Positions 38,796 to 48,086 of a stretch of DNA of 62,017 nucleotides are shown here, piece after piece. The notes beneath the pieces are model-generated. The model had not been told where the DNA came from. It searched no databases and was given only the letters and a program-made list of their open reading frames with translations. The translations under genes and the position numbers were made by a program. The stretch spans positions 1 through 62,017 of the IMG/VR virus record IMGVR_UViG_3300037242_000178, one strand, 5' to 3'. Position 1 is the stretch's first letter, and each line of letters opens with the position of its first letter. The DNA comes from a virus (Duplodnaviria; Caudoviricetes).

Positions 38796-39605
38796 TTATC
38801 CGTTCGTCCTTGTTGCGATGTTAGTTGAGTGGGCAATTAAACGCATTGAACAGCGGCAATTAAAATCCGTGCCCGGCCACACATATTTTTTCGATACAAA
38901 AGAGTATTTCCCCTCTTTCATGTTAAACATCGTGCCACTCCAATGCACATGCTCAGGGCGCGGCTCTTTTCCCGCATTAGAATGCACCCACTGTGCCTCT
39001 TCAATCCCCAGCCGTTCCGCTCTAGCTCTCAAAATCTCCGCAGAGGCTTGGTTGTTGGATGTCCTAGCAATCAACGATGCCCGACGTTTGGTGATTCCGT
39101 ATCGGTTTTGCAGCTCTTCGCGCAGCCCTCCGAGATCACGCCCAGCCATGACGGAGCGCATAACGATCTCATTCACATCCGACAGATGCTCACTAGCAAT
39201 CGTTTTAATGAGCGAAACGTTTTGATTAACTGCCGCTGTCAGAATATCTTGAATGACCGGCGTCACCTTGAATTCGATAGCGAATCCAGCCTTCTTTAAA
39301 GTCGCTTTAAGCGCGGCATCCGTTCGGTCTTTGTTTGCTTGCATGTAATACGCGGCCATTTCAACAGCGGCTTCAGCAAACTTGCGATTCCACTTTTTCG
39401 CTAAGCGCTTCATAACGAGCGTCAAGAATGCTGCCGGGCTGATGTCTTGTGCCATTTCCGGCTTATTCGCTTTGTACGCGGCGCTCAACCAGTACACCAA
39501 CGAGTTTTGCATCTCGTCGATGAGGCGATCAAGCTTGCTTTGGTATTCGCGGATCAAACCTTCGTTCGGGTTGATTGCCGCCAGTAGCTTACGCTTTCGC
39601 TTCAT
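38796..39605 (-). CDS. MuF/SPP1 gp7-like minor head protein
   Basis: RASLIART, WVHS...PRPEH and PGTDFNCRC motifs. Confidence 0.88.
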   Translation of the reverse strand: MKRKRKLLAAINPNEGLIREYQSKLDRLIDEMQNSLVYWLSAAYKANKPEMAQDISPAAFLTLVMKRLAKKWNRKFAEAAVEMAAYYMQANKDRTDAALKATLKKAGFAIEFKVTPVIQDILTAAVNQNVSLIKTIASEHLSDVNEIVMRSVMAGRDLGGLREELQNRYGITKRRASLIARTSNNQASAEILRARAERLGIEEAQWVHSNAGKEPRPEHVHWSGTMFNMKEGKYSFVSKKYVWPGTDFNCRCSMRLIAHSTNIATRTNG

Positions 39606-39777
39606 CTCTGAAACCGGTAAATAATTTTTGCGCACGAAGATACTTTTTCGCTTCAGCGGAAGAAGCGTGATTCGGCACTTCAATATCCAAAGCGCGAACA
39701 GTCATCGCCAGCAGCGAAATGAGATTCCTATTCTGTGCTTCCAGCCGCCTAATTTCCAATGCGTCTTTATTAGTCAT
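39589..39777 (-). CDS. Hypothetical protein
   Basis: Overlaps both neighbouring genes. Confidence 0.5.
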   Translation of the reverse strand: MTNKDALEIRRLEAQNRNLISLLAMTVRALDIEVPNHASSAEAKKYLRAQKLFTGFRDEAKA

Positions 39778-40052
39778 TCTTCGTACAGCGCCTCGTTAAA
39801 ACTCCTGACCAGAGCGAGCATAGCGCCCGACCTACGCGGCATGTTTCGAATATTCGCTGTCGCGCCTTGATTGATAAACTGTTCGACTTGATCGAGTTCG
39901 ATGTCTGCTGAATGGTTTTTGCTTTGAATATTTTCGATTTGCGCAGCTGATAGGCCAAACGCAAATCGACTTTCAGGAACGATTACCTCTTCCGTTCCAT
40001 CTTCGCGCATCCGAACGAAACTGAATTTTAAACGGAACTTTTGATTTTTCAT
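39774..40052 (-). CDS. Hypothetical protein
   Basis: ATG (MKNQKF) follows the upstream stop by 1 nt. Confidence 0.5.
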   Translation of the reverse strand: MKNQKFRLKFSFVRMREDGTEEVIVPESRFAFGLSAAQIENIQSKNHSADIELDQVEQFINQGATANIRNMPRRSGAMLALVRSFNEALYEE

Positions 40053-40053
40053 G

Positions 40054-40224
40054 TTACGAAGCGGCATCCTCTTCAGGCTCGATGTCCTCTTCAGAATATC
40101 CTTCAAGCTCCAGACCGCCAATTTCAACCGCACAGTTGTCGAAAGTTGATTTTTGACTGCGCGTTTCTTTGACGACCGCCTCAATCGGCGCGTTAATTGT
40201 TTCAATGTCGATCTGTCTCATCAT
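40054..40224 (-). CDS. Hypothetical acidic protein (56 aa, absent from the ORF track)
   Basis: AAGGGG RBS; fills the gap exactly. Confidence 0.5.
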   Translation of the reverse strand: MMRQIDIETINAPIEAVVKETRSQKSTFDNCAVEIGGLELEGYSEEDIEPEEDAAS

Positions 40225-40238
40225 AAACCCCTTTACGA

Positions 40239-41900
40239 TTAGTTATTCGGCAGCAAAATTGCGGACGCGGCGGAAATTATAGCATTAATTCCAGACGAAT
40301 TCGCTATCGTAACCGTCGTAAAATTTGCGCCGTTCGTCGTGATCGTAGCGAATTCATTCGCGCCGCCAGTGCCGACCGCATCGACAGACGAGCCTGTGCT
40401 TAACGTATTGAGATAATCAGACGACTGCTCAATCGTCGCTGTGGTCGCGGCGCTCGCCGTCCAAGAGAATGTCAAACCGCCATACCCCTGAATCGCCCCA
40501 TTCAACATGTTGTATTGCGACATAGGAATGACCGGCAATTGCGCTGTCGTTCCGGTCGGAACGACAGACGGCACCGAGATTGCAATCGGCAATTGCGAGT
40601 TACCTGAAATGCGCAAAGGATAAGCAGACGCGCCAGGCAAAATTAAAGTAGGAATTGCTGAAATTTGCGCGGCAGTCAGCGCAGCAGCTTGTGCAGTCGG
40701 CATCGCTGTCCATTCTGCAATCGTCAGCGCAGCTATTTGACTCGACGTCAACGCTTGAATCTGGCTTGTCGTCAACTTGGCAAATTGCGCGGTCGTTAGA
40801 CCAGCAATTTGCGCCCCGGACAGCGCTTGAATTTGATTCGTAAGCAACGCTTGAATCTGCGCGGTCGTCAACCCTGTCGTGGAAACCGCAGGGATTTGTG
40901 CAGTCGTCAACGCCTGAATCTGCGCGGAAAGCAATTTTGACGCCTGTAACGTGTTTAGTGCTGCAAGACTAAACGCCGACAACGATGCCACTTGACTTGT
41001 AGTCATTGCCTGAATTTGCGCGGTCGTCAGCGCTTGCGCATCGGCAGTCGTCAGTCCGCGAAAAACCTGATTCGTGTTGAGTGCGGCAATTTGTGCAGTG
41101 GACATCGCCGCAAAATCGCCAGACGGCAATGCAATCACAGCGGCAACCGGCAACGCATTCAACTGCGCGGTGCTTACGGATGCAACCTGCGCTGTCGTGA
41201 GTCCAGCTAAATTCGAACCAAAGCTAGTTGCTTGCAAAGTGGTTAGCGCAGCGACATCGGTCGCCGTCAGTGTCGCAACCTGTGCCGATGTTAGCGCTGT
41301 AATCGCGTCAGACGTAAGCGCAACAGCTTGGCTAGTCGTCAGCAACGCGATATTGGCGGTACTAAAAGAATGAATTTGATCGGGGATGAGTCCGCTTGAA
41401 ATCTGGTTTGTCGTTAGCGCTTCAAATTGTGCCGAGTTGATCGCTGCCACTTGCGGCGGACTAAACGCGCCAATCTGCGCAGTCGTTAATACGGAAAAAT
41501 CATTCGTCGGTAGAGATGACGTCTGAAGCGTCGTTAAACCTTGATTAATCTGCGCAGGAGTCAGCGCGGTCACTTGAGCGGTCGTCAACGCCAAAATTTG
41601 CGCCGTCGTCAAGCCTGGGACTGCGCCTATTGAGATTGACGCAACTTGCGCGGTCGTCAACGCCTCATTGATTTGCGCCGTGCTTAACGCTTGGACTTGT
41701 TGAGACGACAAAGCCGCAACATCTAACAAGGGCATATCCGTAAGCGTCGCAGTCACGAAAGCAGGAATTTGCGCAGTCGTTAATCCGGGCACTTGGTCAG
41801 GAAACAGCCCAAGGATGTCGTCCGTCCCTGCCGCAGCAATCGGAGCGGTGCCTAATGCCGATATTTGCGCAGTGGTCAATCCTGTAAAAATCGAACTCAT
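40239..41900 (-). CDS. LTTAQ-repeat protein with C-terminal beta domain
   Basis: ~400 aa of degenerate 8/16-aa LTTAQIxA repeats. Confidence 0.8.
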   Translation of the reverse strand: MSSIFTGLTTAQISALGTAPIAAAGTDDILGLFPDQVPGLTTAQIPAFVTATLTDMPLLDVAALSSQQVQALSTAQINEALTTAQVASISIGAVPGLTTAQILALTTAQVTALTPAQINQGLTTLQTSSLPTNDFSVLTTAQIGAFSPPQVAAINSAQFEALTTNQISSGLIPDQIHSFSTANIALLTTSQAVALTSDAITALTSAQVATLTATDVAALTTLQATSFGSNLAGLTTAQVASVSTAQLNALPVAAVIALPSGDFAAMSTAQIAALNTNQVFRGLTTADAQALTTAQIQAMTTSQVASLSAFSLAALNTLQASKLLSAQIQALTTAQIPAVSTTGLTTAQIQALLTNQIQALSGAQIAGLTTAQFAKLTTSQIQALTSSQIAALTIAEWTAMPTAQAAALTAAQISAIPTLILPGASAYPLRISGNSQLPIAISVPSVVPTGTTAQLPVIPMSQYNMLNGAIQGYGGLTFSWTASAATTATIEQSSDYLNTLSTGSSVDAVGTGGANEFATITTNGANFTTVTIANSSGINAIISAASAILLPNN

Positions 41901-42085
41901 CCTGGCAATCCTAAATTAATTTTCGCTTCGATTAAACTTGCGTTCAGCTTGTGCGCAGCATCTTCCTGCTGCTCTAAAACGATGCACATTTTCGCGACTT
42001 GAAGGCGAAAGCTGCGCAAATTGTCGTTAAAATCGGAAACTGCCGCCTCCATTGTCGCCAAATCTTCTTTAGTCATGATTCGCAA
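41897..42085 (-). CDS. Small coiled-coil protein
   Basis: Overlaps both neighbouring genes. Confidence 0.55.
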   Translation of the reverse strand: MRIMTKEDLATMEAAVSDFNDNLRSFRLQVAKMCIVLEQQEDAAHKLNASLIEAKINLGLPG

Positions 42086-42705
42086 ATCGCCTCTTTGATC
42101 TTTTTTCGCGTTCGGCTGATACTCGATTTAGCCGTCCCGACAGGAACTCGATGCTCGTCGGCAATCAACTGATATTCATCAACTTTATGAGATGAGCCTG
42201 TTAGACCCATGCCCGTGTTAAGCCAAGACACGAAGATCGCCTTGTGCAGCTTTTGCTTAGCTGGCGCACAGCGCCTACGAATGCCGCAACTAAAAAGATT
42301 ATCAAGCGCCGCATCTGCCTTTTCAATGTCGCTTCTGTTTTCGCAAATCCGCGCCGGATCGGCTCTTAGATCAAGCATTGATTCCAAATCAAAGCCATCA
42401 TCAAAATTACCAGGAAGATCGTCAGCATGATAAACGTCTACAAACGGCATTTTCTTTTCTTGTCTAAATTTATTCTTGAGAAGATTCAACGCTATAGAAT
42501 TAATCCACGTTGATAAGGCGCTTTCGCCGTTAAAACTCTCTCTCTTCGTCAAGGCTGTCAAAAAAGCGTCTTGAACGATCTCTTCCGCTTCCGCTTCTCT
42601 GCCGGAACGGTAGCGACAAATAAAAAGGAAAATCTTCCTTCTATCTCGTCGATAGCAATCAGCAACTTCTTCAATCGTCAGCATGCTCGTCATTATTCTT
42701 GTCAT
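42073..42705 (-). CDS. ECF-type sigma-70 factor
   Basis: Region 2 AEEIVQDAFL...FNGESALSTWINSIALN; region 4 YQLIA...VPVGTAKSSISR. Confidence 0.85.
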   Translation of the reverse strand: MTRIMTSMLTIEEVADCYRRDRRKIFLFICRYRSGREAEAEEIVQDAFLTALTKRESFNGESALSTWINSIALNLLKNKFRQEKKMPFVDVYHADDLPGNFDDGFDLESMLDLRADPARICENRSDIEKADAALDNLFSCGIRRRCAPAKQKLHKAIFVSWLNTGMGLTGSSHKVDEYQLIADEHRVPVGTAKSSISRTRKKIKEAICES

Positions 42706-44275
42706 CCTTTTCTTCAGGCTCGTGCATGTCGTGCATGTCTGGGTCTTGCGAAGGGTCGGCAGGAGGTTCGATCTTTGCGTTCAAGTCCAGTCCGGTGTAA
42801 AGACTGTCCTCCTGCTGCGCAATTCTCGTCCGTTCTTCCTGCGGCGAAATGACACCGGCATCGATCAGCGCCACGGCTGTGTCAGTTTCTGTCTTGCGCA
42901 TCGCGGATAGTTCAGTTTCTGTCGGAGAATTCAACTCGACCCATTTAAACCCAATGTCGGAATCGATTTCACCGAGAGTCGAGAGCATGACCAGATTCAG
43001 CACTTTACTCAATAACGGCGTATAAATTTCCTGATTTGCCGAGCAATTGTCTTTGAAAATCTTTATTTCGCCTTCACTAGAGGCATTCAAGCCTTTCGGT
43101 GTGATGCCTGTCAGATAGACCAAAGGCACCCCGGTAGGAGCGCTCATTTGCTCTTGCGCCTGCGCCTGTAGATCAGCCAGCCCTGCCAAACTTGCGGATA
43201 CGTTGGAAAATTCTTCCGTATCCTTGTTTATGGCATTAACACCATGATTATCGCGCCCGAGATTGAATATTTGCATGCGCGCAAAGAAGTCTTCTGCACC
43301 TTCATTGTTTAATATCGCGGACATGTCCGTTGAAAGAGTCCACACCGTGAAAGAGTGAACAAGATCGCTAACTGATTGCCGCGTCCGAAGCCAGTTGTCC
43401 ACGTAGGGCGTCATCATCTGCGGCAACGACAACCCGGCAAACGAATACGCAGGTTTTAAAATGTCGGGAACAGGATGCGGCACAAAAGTAAGCAGTCGCG
43501 AACTGTGCACTTCCTTGCCCATCACAAACCAGCTGATCGGCTTATAAAACGTCTCATCTAACAGGTCATCAGCGTTATAACGATTCGGGTAACACCAAAC
43601 CGGTTCGATAACCGTTAACCGTTTGATCGAGTTCAACCCTATTTTGCTCTTCGACTCAATTAACTCAGTCGTCAGCTCATGCTCGTCCAATTGATCGGAT
43701 TTCAAACCGACATCGATGAATATCTGCGAGCGCCCGAATCCTTCCGCTTTCCAAATCGCCTCGTGAAATACGCCTTGTACATTCAAGCGTTTGAACTCTT
43801 TTTCGATCAGTTTTATTTTGTCGGACTTGTCTTCTTCGCCAACAGCCTGAAACTTGATCCAGCGCCGCGTCATTTCACGCGCATAAATTTCAGCAGGTTT
43901 TCGATATTCCGTCACCTGCATGTAATCCGCAAGCGTCATGAATCCGGGCCACGCATAGCCTTGATTGAACGCTTGATTAACGTTGCCTAGCGCAGTCATA
44001 TCAGCGTAAGAGCCGCCCTGATATCCGGCGTCCATCGCCAATTTTTTGCCTGTTACGCCTTTCGGCAACACGCCTGGAGGCGGTTCTGCCGGGGCAAAAA
44101 ACCTTTCGGCAATTGCTCTTTGTTCGCGTTTCGTTTTCCGGTGCATCGTTGCCACTGCATCGGCAGAAATCTTTACGCGCTTTTTTACCGGCGCGACAGG
44201 CGCAACGATTGCTGGTAAAACGACTTTAACCTCAGGCGGCGACAGCCAGTCTGCAATCCGCTTTCTCCAGTTCAT
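42671..44275 (-). CDS. Portal protein (DUF1073-like)
   Basis: EMTRRWI, VHSSRL and LTGITPKGLNASSEGE motifs. Confidence 0.9.
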   Translation of the reverse strand: MNWRKRIADWLSPPEVKVVLPAIVAPVAPVKKRVKISADAVATMHRKTKREQRAIAERFFAPAEPPPGVLPKGVTGKKLAMDAGYQGGSYADMTALGNVNQAFNQGYAWPGFMTLADYMQVTEYRKPAEIYAREMTRRWIKFQAVGEEDKSDKIKLIEKEFKRLNVQGVFHEAIWKAEGFGRSQIFIDVGLKSDQLDEHELTTELIESKSKIGLNSIKRLTVIEPVWCYPNRYNADDLLDETFYKPISWFVMGKEVHSSRLLTFVPHPVPDILKPAYSFAGLSLPQMMTPYVDNWLRTRQSVSDLVHSFTVWTLSTDMSAILNNEGAEDFFARMQIFNLGRDNHGVNAINKDTEEFSNVSASLAGLADLQAQAQEQMSAPTGVPLVYLTGITPKGLNASSEGEIKIFKDNCSANQEIYTPLLSKVLNLVMLSTLGEIDSDIGFKWVELNSPTETELSAMRKTETDTAVALIDAGVISPQEERTRIAQQEDSLYTGLDLNAKIEPPADPSQDPDMHDMHEPEEKDDKNNDEHADD

Positions 44276-44421
44276 TTGCTCTTCTTCTTTCTCTGTTCGT
44301 CGATCAAATCCATGCCCAGACTTCTGCGCAATTCTTTCTGACTAGGCAACGGTTTATGGCTTTTGACGCGCTCCGACAGCCACTTTCTTATTTTTTCCTT
44401 GCTCGGTAGACGGTCAGGCAT
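44272..44421 (-). CDS. Small basic protein (49 aa, absent from the ORF track)
   Basis: GAGG RBS; ATGA overlap with the portal gene. Confidence 0.55.
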   Translation of the reverse strand: MPDRLPSKEKIRKWLSERVKSHKPLPSQKELRRSLGMDLIDEQRKKKSK

Positions 44422-44438
44422 GACGCACCTCGCATAAG

Positions 44439-46172
44439 TTATCTTGTCCGCCCAAATCCCTTCAAGGCGTCAACCATATTTTGTTTCGGGCGCTGTTCTG
44501 CCGACGGCTTGTTCGTCAAAACTATCGCCTTACCCGCCGCCATCTGTCGCACGGCTGTCGGGTTGATAATCATCTGCTGACGTTTGATCGGAGCAAATTT
44601 AATCATCACCGAATCGGCAAGGTTTGGCGATCTTGTTCCGTCCGGGGATTTGTCGATCACTATCTTGCCAACGCCATTCTGCTTATACGTCGGCTGAGAA
44701 AGCTCTCCGATAAGCTTCATGTGATCCGCAAAACTCGAAGATATCGAGATTATTTCGTCAGGATCAAACGGCGCACCCTCGACAACAGCCCTGAAAGTCT
44801 TTTGAAATCGAGTGCGCAGCGACCACCACGCTTGTGCCTTCAAATTCATAAAGTAGTCTTCGTTTTTTCGGCCTTTCACATCCTCGCCAAGCGGATTAAA
44901 AACGCTTGCGCTGCCTCTAAACGCTTCAACCTCCAACAACTGCCGTTGCATTTTTTTCCGCGTCTCGTTGATGATGCGCGCATCGCCTTTTACACCTGCG
45001 CCTAGGCCATCCGCATCATAACGCAACAGTGCGTAACCGCTTGCGTCGCACAGCTCAAAGGCATGTTCCACCGTATCGAATATGTCGCTGCCTTTTCCGC
45101 TCCACTCCTTTACATACTCAATCAAAACGCCATGCGAGCCGCACAGGGCGTTTTTATCTCGCCCTTCGTCTGCTACGTCCAACGCTGCGATTCGTGCGCC
45201 TGTAGGCTTGATTTGAAGCTTTAAATGCGCGTCTATAGCCGCCATCGCCCATTGGTGCGGAATAACGACACCTGTCACGCTGGCAGAATACGATAAATCG
45301 ACTTCTTGCGCCAGCGTGACAGGATCAAGTTCTGCCTGTTGCTTTGCGTACCAAATTTCGTTCTTGCGCGGATCGTCGCGCCAGTGAAAAGTGAATACCG
45401 GTAATCTACCTGCGTGACGCTTCTGCGCAAAAGGATTCGCTAATCCATGCGGCGTGCTGATGTCCTGCCTGCAATTCGTCGTCTGCGAAAGCGACGCTTC
45501 GACAAGTTCTGGATGCTCTAAATATGCCGATTCATCGACGAAATAAATCGATGTTCTATCGCCGCGTCCTATGCCGTCGCCAGATTCCCCGGCAATAACC
45601 GCCTCAGTCTCGGGGAATATTATCCGCATGTGAGGCGCATGCTTATCGCGCTCCCACCCGCCTCTAAATTCATGCGGCAGGCTGTCCATAAACTGCCGCG
45701 CTTTGTGGAATAAGGATTTCGGCGCGCCGATTTTATCCACATATTCCTCTTTGCGCGATCCAAACCCTATCGCCATGCCATCGTAGAACAAGCACAGCGT
45801 GCAAGCTAACGACACCGACAACCACGACATGCCCATATCACGCGATTTTTCGGTAATTCCAGGTTGCCGATTCTTCCAATTAGCGACAATCCACTCGATC
45901 CATTCGATTTGTTTCGGAAATAATTTGAACGGTATCGCGACAGGTAATCCTATCTCGATGTTGCGAGGGTCAAACGTCATGCCCCAGTCATCAATAAATT
46001 TCGCGGGATTCGTTTTATAAAACGACTTTAATCCGGCCAAATCCTTTGCGTCGAACTCTTTTCGAATTCTTTGAAGCATTGCCGCACGGCGTTTAAATTC
46101 TCCAGCTATGTCCGACGCTTGCCAATTATAAGTTTCGGCAGGGAGCAACTTTGCTTTTTCAACATCGCGCAT
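44439..46172 (-). CDS. terL: Terminase large subunit
   Basis: KSRDMGMSW Walker A, YFVDE Walker B, LDVADEGRD and SPNLADS nuclease motifs. Confidence 0.93.
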   Translation of the reverse strand: MRDVEKAKLLPAETYNWQASDIAGEFKRRAAMLQRIRKEFDAKDLAGLKSFYKTNPAKFIDDWGMTFDPRNIEIGLPVAIPFKLFPKQIEWIEWIVANWKNRQPGITEKSRDMGMSWLSVSLACTLCLFYDGMAIGFGSRKEEYVDKIGAPKSLFHKARQFMDSLPHEFRGGWERDKHAPHMRIIFPETEAVIAGESGDGIGRGDRTSIYFVDESAYLEHPELVEASLSQTTNCRQDISTPHGLANPFAQKRHAGRLPVFTFHWRDDPRKNEIWYAKQQAELDPVTLAQEVDLSYSASVTGVVIPHQWAMAAIDAHLKLQIKPTGARIAALDVADEGRDKNALCGSHGVLIEYVKEWSGKGSDIFDTVEHAFELCDASGYALLRYDADGLGAGVKGDARIINETRKKMQRQLLEVEAFRGSASVFNPLGEDVKGRKNEDYFMNLKAQAWWSLRTRFQKTFRAVVEGAPFDPDEIISISSSFADHMKLIGELSQPTYKQNGVGKIVIDKSPDGTRSPNLADSVMIKFAPIKRQQMIINPTAVRQMAAGKAIVLTNKPSAEQRPKQNMVDALKGFGRTR

Positions 46173-46362
46173 ATCAACCGCATCAAGAGTTGAGAAAGCT
46201 CTCTACTTCCATTTTACATAATGTATGTTATGCGAATATTGCGCTGCAACACGCTTATAAATCAACGACTTGCAACGTTTTTCTTCGCGCAACACTACAT
46301 CTAGGGAATTTTCGTGAAACAATTTGCGTTTTTGCTGACACACACACTACCGGTAGTGCGCG

Positions 46363-47043
46363 TTACCCGCCAATAAGCTTAAGATAAGCCTTGCTCGCAT
46401 CAACGCTGTCATCGGGAATCGCAACAGGCGTAATGTCTTTTTCTGCTCGCGCCGCCTCTGCCGCCTGCTCTTTGTTGCCGTTAAGAATTGCTAAAGGCAC
46501 TTTCGACGCTTCGTTGACAACTTGTGTCATTTCGGCAATTTCCATCAGTACCGAACGATTCGTGCCAGGCTCTGCGCACTCGTCCAGCTGCTCCGTTTTA
46601 AGCTCTGCAAGACGCGAAACACGTGCCGCAACTGCCGATTGCCGACATCCGACATTAGACATATTCAGTGCCATCGTTCGCAAATTGTCCGCAACCATGT
46701 TTACTAGCCCGTTTGAATAAATGGGCAATTTAGACAATTTACTTTCCCATTCTATTTTTTCTTTTGCGAGCGCTCTAATTTTTTCCGCATCGGAATTAAT
46801 TTGCTGCCCGATAGCCTTGCCCGAAACGCCATACTCACCAGCCAACGTTGACATCGGCACTTTATCTACGATGTGTTTTTTTCGAATCTCATCCCATTGA
46901 AACGGACGCAATTTGCTTTTACGTCCAGCAAGCGATTTAGGCTCAGGAGGCGGTGGAGGTGGAGGTGGAGGGTTCTTTGGCGGTCTGCCGCGCTTTCTCT
47001 TCGGAGGGTCAGGAATAGGAACAGGTTTTGCTTTCACGATCAA
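46363..47043 (-). CDS. terS: Terminase small subunit
   Basis: AT-hook RGRP, HTH and C-terminal ASKAYLKLIGG; upstream of terL. Confidence 0.7.
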   Translation of the reverse strand: MIVKAKPVPIPDPPKRKRGRPPKNPPPPPPPPPEPKSLAGRKSKLRPFQWDEIRKKHIVDKVPMSTLAGEYGVSGKAIGQQINSDAEKIRALAKEKIEWESKLSKLPIYSNGLVNMVADNLRTMALNMSNVGCRQSAVAARVSRLAELKTEQLDECAEPGTNRSVLMEIAEMTQVVNEASKVPLAILNGNKEQAAEAARAEKDITPVAIPDDSVDASKAYLKLIGG

Positions 47044-47056
47044 TGCCCAGTCCGAT

Positions 47057-47069
47057 TAAAGTAACTTTA
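47057..47069. promoter_or_regulatory. Palindrome TAAAGTNACTTTA
   Basis: TAAAGTAACTTTA, 13 bp upstream of terS and flanked by GTCCG/CGGAC. Confidence 0.6.
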
Positions 47070-47171
47070 CGGACACCGATCCAACCTTGCGGGCAGATCG
47101 GAACCTATGCGTATTCGCTCTTCCGTATCGAAATGTTTCTTTTCGGATTGTAATCGCTTCTTTTTCATAAT

Positions 47172-47393
47172 TCAAGATTTATTTTTCAAAAACTCATCCA
47201 TTGCCGCCTGAAGACTGTCAGAAGAGAACTTTCTTTTAGCAATTTGTTCTTTTTCGTGACTGTCTACTGCGAAATCAGCTTTAGTTCTGATCGCCCTGAG
47301 CCTGTCCAGATTCGCGCTCCTCCCTCTATTATTCGCATCAACCTCGATTTTCCATTTTGAATCGATTACGCGACCAATCCTTTGTTTCCCCAT
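47172..47393 (-). CDS. Hypothetical protein
   Basis: GAGGAG RBS before MGKQRI. Confidence 0.55.
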   Translation of the reverse strand: MGKQRIGRVIDSKWKIEVDANNRGRSANLDRLRAIRTKADFAVDSHEKEQIAKRKFSSDSLQAAMDEFLKNKS

Positions 47394-47403
47394 AACTTTC
47401 TCC

Positions 47404-47820
47404 TCAAACGACATCCGCATGAAACTTCCCGCTGCAAAGGCTATCACGGGCCGCGTGCAGCGTCGAAGCGATTGTCGAGTACCCCCTAGCCAGCCGCCTT
47501 TTTAAACGGCCTGGCGACCCTTTATCGTCAATGTAATACCAAACAATGACAATTCGTTGAATCGACCTAAGCCGCACAATCTTCTTTTCCATCTCAATCG
47601 CATCGAGGACATCGATCTCCCCCAGACTATGCCGCGTATCGGCGCTTCCCTCGGCCATATCGATGTTTTCCAGCCGAGGGCGATAATATTTAAACATCGG
47701 CGACACTTTCGAGACTTGACCGCAAGGCCGCGCCCAACGCGCCCAATTTTGCAGCCTGACATCGATAGCATAGTGCTGCGCATGCACAATGTTTAAGCCG
47801 CACACATTTTCTTTGCTCAT
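47404..47820 (-). CDS. Antitermination protein Q-like
   Basis: RLQNWARW N-terminus and sigma4-like C-terminus; upstream of the late operon. Confidence 0.65.
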   Translation of the reverse strand: MSKENVCGLNIVHAQHYAIDVRLQNWARWARPCGQVSKVSPMFKYYRPRLENIDMAEGSADTRHSLGEIDVLDAIEMEKKIVRLRSIQRIVIVWYYIDDKGSPGRLKRRLARGYSTIASTLHAARDSLCSGKFHADVV

Positions 47821-48086
47821 AATTTTATCTATCCTATTTCAAATTAAAAGTCAATGTTGCGCAAAATCAATCAAAAACCCGCGAACCCGAGAACCCGCCA
47901 TTTATATACCGTTTGATAAAATAAATTAAATTACTTTTTCGATGTCTTTTATACAATTTACGTTATCTTTTTTATATTTAATTAATTTTATCTTCCGGTA
48001 TATGAAAGAGGGTATGAGGGTTTGTGGGTTTTAAATGATAACTAAAAAGTATATAAAACGGTTTTAATATAATTTATAAATCTTAA
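47821..48086. other. AT-rich non-coding region (candidate origin or late promoter region)
   Basis: Very AT-rich; AACCCG x3 at its left edge and GGGT x3 at its right edge. Confidence 0.45.
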
